Source: Candidatus Hydrogenedentota bacterium (lineage in GTDB: Bacteria > Hydrogenedentota > Hydrogenedentia > Hydrogenedentales > GCA-2746185). From it: DNA of 13,426 nt. Under the pieces are notes generated by a model, which was given only the letters and a program-made list of their open reading frames with translations, made no database searches and was not told the origin of the DNA. A program made the translations under genes and the position numbers. The stretch spans positions 1 to 13,426 of the forward strand of contig JAYGCN010000315.1 of the NCBI GenBank assembly GCA_046583315.1, read 5' to 3'. This document shows, piece after piece, positions 8,043-13,426 of this stretch (position 1 is its first letter; each line of letters opens with the position of its first letter).

Positions 8043-8870
8043 TTAGTTCGAAGGCTTCGAGGCTGTCTCGGCCTGCTTATTCGTCGCTTCTTCCCTATTC
8101 TTCGTGATGCGATCAAGAAAACTTGCCGCCAGATTATCCGCGCGTCGGATTTCCTCCGCATTCATACTTTCAGCCAGCGTCGTCATTAGTTTCGAAGCCG
8201 GAAAATCGCCGCTGTCTGCCATCACCCCGAACCATGCGTATCCATGAACCAAATTCATCGGAACCCCCTCCCCCTGGATATGCATGAACGCCAGATTGCG
8301 TTGCGCGTTCTGATGCCCCTGTTTCGCCGATTCCGTCAACCAGCGCATCGCGATGGATAAATCCTCATCGACCCCTTTTCCGGATGTATAGTGTCCCGCC
8401 AGGCTGTATTGCGCATCGGCATCCCCCTGCCGCGCCGATTCGGTATACCAATATACCGCCTGCCGGTCGCTACGATTCATGCCCCGGCCCGCCTCATGCA
8501 TCAGCCCGAATGTATACTGCGCACGCGCGTGACCCTGCCGAGCGGACGCGCCGAGCAGCTCAATTGCTGTGGGATAGTTTCCCTTGGCCAGGTATACCCG
8601 GCCCGCCCGGTATTGGGCGATTGCATGCCCTTCATCGGCGGCGAGCATGAACCACTCCATCGCGCGATCCGCGTTCGGCGGCAATTCGAGGCCCTCTTCA
8701 TAAATTACGCCCAACTGATACATCGCCTCGCCATCCCCCTCCGAAACCAGCCGTGCGAGTTCTTTGAGATCAACCGACTCCGCAGGTGTCTCTTCAGCAA
8801 ACACACCCGAAGCCATCACTACCATCAAACAGACCAGCCCAACCAATCTCCATCGTCTATCGATCTTCAT
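8043..8870 (-). CDS. Secreted Sel1-like repeat (SLR/TPR) protein
   Basis: 275 aa. Signal peptide MKIDRRWRLVGLVCLMVVMASGVFA|EE. About five SLR units (GDGEAMYQLGVIYEEG..AMEWFMLAADEG; GHARAQYTFGLMHEAGRG..AVYWYTESARQG; GDADAQYSLAGHYTSGKGV..; GHQNAQRNLAFMHIQGEGV..). 14-bp overlap with the upstream gene. Confidence 0.9.
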   Translation of the reverse strand: MKIDRRWRLVGLVCLMVVMASGVFAEETPAESVDLKELARLVSEGDGEAMYQLGVIYEEGLELPPNADRAMEWFMLAADEGHAIAQYRAGRVYLAKGNYPTAIELLGASARQGHARAQYTFGLMHEAGRGMNRSDRQAVYWYTESARQGDADAQYSLAGHYTSGKGVDEDLSIAMRWLTESAKQGHQNAQRNLAFMHIQGEGVPMNLVHGYAWFGVMADSGDFPASKLMTTLAESMNAEEIRRADNLAASFLDRITKNREEATNKQAETASKPSN

Positions 8871-9561
8871 ACGCCTTGGGCGGTCCCAGGATTTCGGCCA
8901 TCACAATCGCGCGACGAACGTCATTGAGCGTCTGCGGCACAAAAGATGGCTGCGCAACCGGGGCTACAGGTCGCGGCGCACGTCGTTGCTGTTGCGTCTG
9001 CTGCTTCTGACGTGCGACCGCCTTCTCACGATGCTGTCGAGCCTGTTCCTTACGACGTTGCCGCTCTGCCACCACCTGCTCACGAGAGGGTTGTTGCTGT
9101 TGAGGAGAACGATGTTTATCGTGGTGATGCGCCCTGGCTGGATGATCCGCCCGGGTACGTTGCATCCCTTCGCGCTGTCGTATCACGGCATCGCGCACAG
9201 TGCCTCCCTCGTTCGGTTGCCGAGGCGCAGGTTGTTGCCTATGTCTTGGCAATTCCCTTCGTGGTTCCGGCTCGACCGCAGTCCAGCCTTCATTGCTGTC
9301 TACCGCTCCCTCGCCAAAAAGCGCCTTAATCAGCTCGCCGCCCGTCGTTTCAGGGGACAAGGCAACCGAAGGCCCCGACGAAGCCCCCTTCGGCTTGGCC
9401 TGACGCACCGTGGACTCGTCACGTTTCGCAGGCACCTGGCGCTGGTCACGCCGCTGTGCAAGCGGATTGTTTGCTTGCTTCGCCTTGCGGTTCTCCCGTG
9501 CCTTTTGAGCCAAGGAGGCAATGGCCACGACGAAGAATATGAGTATCCCGATAAAATCCAT
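8857..9561 (-). CDS. YqfB-like flotillin-associated protein (N-terminal TM helix, low-complexity Q/R/P-rich body)
   Basis: TM segment MDFIGILIFFVVAIASLA. The C-terminal motif DVRRAIVMAEILGPPKA resembles the conserved EILGPP tail of YqfB-type proteins found after floA. ATG at 9561 preferred over TTG at 9567 because GGAG (9569-9572) lies 7 nt upstream; 234 aa. Confidence 0.65.
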   Translation of the reverse strand: MDFIGILIFFVVAIASLAQKARENRKAKQANNPLAQRRDQRQVPAKRDESTVRQAKPKGASSGPSVALSPETTGGELIKALFGEGAVDSNEGWTAVEPEPRRELPRHRQQPAPRQPNEGGTVRDAVIRQREGMQRTRADHPARAHHHDKHRSPQQQQPSREQVVAERQRRKEQARQHREKAVARQKQQTQQQRRAPRPVAPVAQPSFVPQTLNDVRRAIVMAEILGPPKAYEDR

Positions 9562-9595
9562 AATCAAGCTCCGTTTCCTTCAAGGGAACGACTTG

Positions 9596-10609
9596 TTACT
9601 CTGAACCGCCCTTATCCGGGCCGTCAATCTTCGATATTGAGTCGCGCATATCCGTATCCGCGATCACATTTTTCATTTTGTAATAATCCATCACACCAAG
9701 ATTCCCACTGCGAAACGCGTCGGCCATCGCTTTGGGTATTTCGGCTTCGGCTGCGACCACTTTCGCGCGCATTTCGATCACCTGGGCACGCATCTCCTGT
9801 TCACGCGCCTTCGCCATTGCACGACGTTCTTCGGCACGCGCCTGAGCGATATTTTTATCCGCCTCAGCCTGCTTCATTTGCAGGATGGCGCCGATATTCT
9901 CACCCACATCCACATCCGCGATATCGATCGATAGAATTTCATACGCCGTGCCCGCATCCAATCCACGCGCCAAGACGGTCTTCGAAATCATGTCCGGATT
10001 TTCCAACACTTTTTTGTGGGTCTCAGAAGAACCAATCGTCGTTACAATGCCTTCACCCACACGCGCAATAATGGTTTCCTCCGTAGCACCCCCGATAAGT
10101 GTTGCGATATTCGTGCGTACCGTTACCCGGGCCTTCGCCTTGATCTGGATTCCGTCCATCGCCACCGCCGCAACGTAGTTCACCCCGCTCTTCGCCGCGT
10201 CAGGACAGTCGATCACTTTCGGGTTCACCGAAGTTTGCACCGCTTCGAGTACGTCGCGACCTGCTAAGTCGATCGCAGTCGCCTTCTGGAAATCGAGACC
10301 GATATTGGCCTTGTTCGCCGCGATCAGTGCCTGCACTACGCGCACCACGTTACCACCTGCAAGATAGTGCGTCTCCAGTTCATTCGTGGTGACTTCGATT
10401 CCAGCCTTCACCGCCATAATCTTGCTTTCGACAATGACCGCAGGACGCACTTTCCGAAGACGCATAAAAACGATCTGAATCAGACTCACCTTGGCCTTCG
10501 AGGCCCACGCCTGAATCCACAAATTGAAATACATAATGAATGCAATACCAAAAATAAATATCGCAATTACCGCAATTACACTCAGAATCGTAATAACAAT
10601 AGGCCACAT
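9596..10609 (-). CDS. floA: Flotillin-like protein FloA (YqfA, UPF0365, SPFH superfamily)
   Basis: 337 aa. N-terminal TM, then family motifs [90 protein letters not shown], coiled coil [20 protein letters not shown], and [23 protein letters not shown] upstream. Confidence 0.96.
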   Translation of the reverse strand: MWPIVITILSVIAVIAIFIFGIAFIMYFNLWIQAWASKAKVSLIQIVFMRLRKVRPAVIVESKIMAVKAGIEVTTNELETHYLAGGNVVRVVQALIAANKANIGLDFQKATAIDLAGRDVLEAVQTSVNPKVIDCPDAAKSGVNYVAAVAMDGIQIKAKARVTVRTNIATLIGGATEETIIARVGEGIVTTIGSSETHKKVLENPDMISKTVLARGLDAGTAYEILSIDIADVDVGENIGAILQMKQAEADKNIAQARAEERRAMAKAREQEMRAQVIEMRAKVVAAEAEIPKAMADAFRSGNLGVMDYYKMKNVIADTDMRDSISKIDGPDKGGSE

Positions 10610-10661
10610 ACCGAACCATCCTTTCAGCGATGAACATTCACGCCGGTTTTATTTTATTCTC

Positions 10662-11078
10662 TTAATCACTCGTACCGGCCGCAAAATCAACGACCGTTCC
10701 AATTTCCTTCATCACATCCTTGCCCGCCAGGTCCAGTGCACACGCTTCCTCAAAATCGACAGATTGACCCTGCCTGCTGGCTACGACCATGGCCTGCGCG
10801 ACCCGGCGAACACGCGCACCACCGCGATAATGGTCTTCCAACAATTCGATACTAACCGGTATGCCCGCCTTGTGCAAGTCTATATAGGAGTTCACGATAA
10901 TTTGTGGACTGACCTTTCGAAGCGTCATACCCATTATCGTCGGCAGCGATAACGAACACTGCGCAACATGAGAACGAAACCACAGCCGAAAATAGTACAA
11001 ATAAATGACCGATCCCGTCACGATGCCCGACAGCACCAACATTCCGACCGCGATCAACGCAAGCAATTCACCGCTCAT
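10662..11078 (-). CDS. Truncated FloA paralogue (TM plus N-terminal ~100-aa FloA region only)
   Basis: 138 aa. Aligns without gaps to the N-terminal part of the adjacent Flo[74 protein letters not shown]; about 45 of 102 identities by manual count. ATGA overlap with the short nfeD. Confidence 0.85.
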   Translation of the reverse strand: MSGELLALIAVGMLVLSGIVTGSVIYLYYFRLWFRSHVAQCSLSLPTIMGMTLRKVSPQIIVNSYIDLHKAGIPVSIELLEDHYRGGARVRRVAQAMVVASRQGQSVDFEEACALDLAGKDVMKEIGTVVDFAAGTSD

Positions 11079-11572
11079 GTGTCTTGCTCACTTTCGACAC
11101 CACCCTCATCCTCCTCAACCACCACGCGGTGACCTTCCACCTGAATGACGCGAACCGATCGCCCCGCGTCAATAAACGTCCCGTCCGACACCGCATCAAT
11201 ACGCTCATCGCCCAACATAATCGTTCCTGCCGGGCGAAGTGCGGTGTGCACCCGGGCAACTTGGCCCACCAACGCAGGGTCCATCGATGGCCCGCTGTAG
11301 CCCTCTTCAGCAGACAGCGTCATATCCAACACCAGTGCGTCCTGTAAAGGCGTTTTCGTAATCAAATACAATCCAAAGAGAATCCCGCCGACAAGACCCA
11401 GAACTTCGCCGACGATAATGAACAGCGCGTATTCGGGATACTGCGCGACACCCGTTACGGTGCTGACTACGATCAACAAGAATCCAAGGATACCCATAAT
11501 CGCGCCCGGCAAAAAAAACTCCGAGAGAATCAGCATGATTCCTGCGATAAACAGGACGATAGGGACAATCAT
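11075..11572 (-). CDS. Short NfeD-family protein (TM helices plus C-terminal OB-fold)
   Basis: 165 aa. Hydrophobic N-terminus with SEFFLPGAIMGILG. C-terminal LVGQVARVHTALRPAGTIMLGDERIDAVSDGTFIDAGRSVRVIQVEGHRVVV is a typical NfeD OB domain. Confidence 0.9.
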   Translation of the reverse strand: MIVPIVLFIAGIMLILSEFFLPGAIMGILGFLLIVVSTVTGVAQYPEYALFIIVGEVLGLVGGILFGLYLITKTPLQDALVLDMTLSAEEGYSGPSMDPALVGQVARVHTALRPAGTIMLGDERIDAVSDGTFIDAGRSVRVIQVEGHRVVVEEDEGGVESEQDT

Positions 11573-11892
11573 GAGGCCTCCTGCTCAACGGCAGCTTCGT
11601 CGTCATCATCCGCGTCACACGATTCCAGCAGCGATATGAGTTGTCCGGTCTCTATGCGGGTCGCCTGCACAATTTTCATCTTCTCGGCGGGATCCTTGGG
11701 ATCGGCTTCTTCTTGATTGTCAAAGGTGCCCATCAAGCTATCGTTCGCATCAAACAACGTTCGCGACTGTCCAAGCAATTTGTTGTAGCGACGGATAATC
11801 GGGATGCAACTGTAATAACCGGCTCCCTGCTGATGCAACACAGCCATATCTTCCATCAACTGCCTCAGCATCGATATTAGCGATTTTTTCAT
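11569..11892 (-). CDS. Hypothetical cytoplasmic protein, probably helical, with acidic tail
   Basis: 107 aa. Fills the gap between the two nfeD genes exactly (7-bp gap upstream, ATGA overlap downstream). GAGG/AGGAGG upstream of the ATG. No family recognised. Confidence 0.8.
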   Translation of the reverse strand: MKKSLISMLRQLMEDMAVLHQQGAGYYSCIPIIRRYNKLLGQSRTLFDANDSLMGTFDNQEEADPKDPAEKMKIVQATRIETGQLISLLESCDADDDDEAAVEQEAS

Positions 11893-11899
11893 AACCTCT

Positions 11900-13426
11900 T
11901 TATGCCTCCTCTTTCACTGGTCTGACCACGTATCGATTTCCATCCGATTCGATGATTTCTACCTTCGCGCCTTTTTCAATGAAATCGCCACGGGTAACAA
12001 TATTGTACTTTTCATCGGCAAAGTGTCCCTTTCCCACAGGGCGCAACGGCGTCAATGCAATTCCTGTCGTCCCCAGGACTGCCTTGGCTTTCTCCAGATC
12101 CTGCCCGACATACCCCGCATCTGCCGCCATCGTGTCAGACAAGATCATCGAGCCGTAAAAGGGAACCAAGGGCATCAGTTTCCACGTCGCAAGCACAAAC
12201 GCAAATCCCGATATCACGAAGACCGCAAAGGAATACGCGACATCATTCAATCGCGCAAAATCCCAACTGTACTGAGGAATCGTGAAATCCACGAACGACA
12301 GATAAACCCCTACAACGAGGCACAACATGCCTGCGATACCTGCGATACCGAATCCTGGAATAATGAAAATCTCCGCGATAATCAGAAGAATACCCGCAAT
12401 AACGAGGAAAATATCAATGGTATCCGCCAGACCCAGCACAAAGTGCGAACCAAAGAGAAGCGCAAGACAGGTGATTCCAACAATACCCGGCAAGCCGAAT
12501 CCCGGCGTACGCACTTCCAGATACAAGCCTCCCATGCCCAGCATCAGCAACAGCCCCGCAATCGTCGGACTCGTCAGAAATCGGAACGTCAATTCTGCCC
12601 AATTCGGCTCTACAATGTGATACGTGCCGCCACCCAACATAAAATGAGTCACCGTTTCATCGACAGAGTCTACTGTCGTGTCGATCACGCCATACCGAAT
12701 CGCTTCCGAGGGTGTCAGCGTCAACAACTTGCCACTCGCCAGCACCAGTTCACTTCCATCCTTATAGACCACCGTGCCGACATCAACCTCTTCGACTTCA
12801 TCGACGACTTCCGATTCGGTTTCCTCCTTGGGCGTGACCGTCACATTGATCGGGAGATTCTCCGTCACCGTATCGATCACTTTCTGAATGGTGCTTATCT
12901 CGGGCGATTGCCTCCTCGAATCTTCCGATCCGTCCGAATCCCACGCGTACACGATATAGTCGCCAAGCTCATCGGTATATCCGCGCAACTCAATATCTTT
13001 ATCCACCATCGCCTGTGCAATGTCTGGGTTGTGATTCTTCGCCTCGGCCAGCGCACGCATTTTCGCACGCATGAACGACACGCTTTTTTCACCAGCCGGT
13101 TCCATGCCTTCAGACGTCTGATACACGGGCGCCGCCGCACCAATATTCGAGCTCGCTGTCATGATGAGATCGTCGCAGGCAAAACTGATCAACGCCCCGG
13201 CAGAAATCGCGCCCATACCCTCAATATACGCAATCGTCCGACACGGCGCCTCGCCAATGACCTTGGCAATCTCGACTGCCGTATCCACACGTCCGCCTGG
13301 CGTGTCTACGCGAAAGATAATCGCCTTCGCATTGAGTTCCGTCGCTTCGGCAATGGCGCGTTCAATGAGCACCAACACGCCCGGCTCGATAATGCCCGTA
13401 ATGGGGCATACGACGATAACATCCGC
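11900..13426 (-). CDS. nfeD: Long NfeD (NfeD1/YqeZ-like) membrane-bound ClpP-class serine protease, 5'-partial
   Basis: Frame is open to the window edge (ADVIVVCPITGIIEPGVLVLIERAI...), so the true start is outside the window. Motifs RVDTPGGRVD, AISAGALIS (catalytic Ser), IGAAAPV..GEK (candidate Lys), AQAMVD, GKLLTLT, TM bundle LEVRTPGFGLPGIVG / AEIFIIPGFGIAG, and C-terminal OB fold TPLRPVGKG..RGDFIEKGAKVEII. Confidence 0.93.
   Translation of the reverse strand, partial: ADVIVVCPITGIIEPGVLVLIERAIAEATELNAKAIIFRVDTPGGRVDTAVEIAKVIGEAPCRTIAYIEGMGAISAGALISFACDDLIMTASSNIGAAAPVYQTSEGMEPAGEKSVSFMRAKMRALAEAKNHNPDIAQAMVDKDIELRGYTDELGDYIVYAWDSDGSEDSRRQSPEISTIQKVIDTVTENLPINVTVTPKEETESEVVDEVEEVDVGTVVYKDGSELVLASGKLLTLTPSEAIRYGVIDTTVDSVDETVTHFMLGGGTYHIVEPNWAELTFRFLTSPTIAGLLLMLGMGGLYLEVRTPGFGLPGIVGITCLALLFGSHFVLGLADTIDIFLVIAGILLIIAEIFIIPGFGIAGIAGMLCLVVGVYLSFVDFTIPQYSWDFARLNDVAYSFAVFVISGFAFVLATWKLMPLVPFYGSMILSDTMAADAGYVGQDLEKAKAVLGTTGIALTPLRPVGKGHFADEKYNIVTRGDFIEKGAKVEIIESDGNRYVVRPVKEEA

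Noticed and set aside
7991..8161. 57-aa N-terminal extension of XPB in the ORF track (start 8161)
   Set aside because: It overlaps the Sel1 CDS by 119 bp in another frame and gives Arg-rich nonsense sequence; XPB homology begins just after MATRTDTP at 7990.
8764..10071. 435-aa plus-strand ORF
   Set aside because: Antisense shadow of floA, the yqfB-like gene and sel1; R/L/P/H-rich with no recognisable motif.
10540..10600. Short direct repeat CGCAATTAC x2 and AT-rich patch
   Set aside because: It encodes the Ile/Val/Ala-rich TM helix of FloA (VIAVIA); a codon-level effect, not a repeat element.
10610..10661. AT-rich spacer before floA with TGAAtgTTCA dyad and a possible ECF/SigW-like promoter (AAAC...CGCT)
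   Set aside because: The match to TGAAAC-N16-CGTA is poor and the dyad is short; only the SD (AAAGGA) is supportable.
10662..11078. Calling the short floA copy a pseudogene
   Set aside because: No frameshift or internal stop, no remnant 3' half, motifs retained despite divergence, and the start is coupled to the upstream gene. A pseudogene is not excluded but is less likely.
13376..13378. GTG start for nfeD given by the ORF track
   Set aside because: The frame stays open to 13426 with NfeD-like sequence (CPITGIIEPG) and no signal peptide is in view, so the real start is outside the window.

Overview
Gene-dense bacterial window with ten CDSs, all on the minus strand, and no gap larger than 52 bp. 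In transcription order (right to left): (1) an expanded flotillin/NfeD membrane-microdomain module: long NfeD with a ClpP-like Ser-Lys protease domain (5'-partial), a 107-aa unknown protein, a short NfeD, a truncated 'mini-FloA' paralogue, full-length FloA (YqfA/UPF0365) and a YqfB-like protein; (2) a secreted Sel1-like repeat protein; (3) a DNA-repair module: bacterial XPB (Rad25/Ssl2-type) helicase, an AddB-like nuclease and an AddA-like UvrD helicase-nuclease. AddA is absent from the ORF track because it runs off the left edge; I translated it by hand and found 1050 open codons from 3152 to 3. I saw no RNA genes, CRISPR arrays or mobile elements. The best candidates for something new are the mini-FloA with its two-NfeD arrangement, the XPB-AddB-AddA coupling, and a structured 52-bp spacer before XPB that looks like a promoter for a leaderless mRNA with overlapping inverted repeats. 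Family calls rest on motif recognition only; no searches were run.
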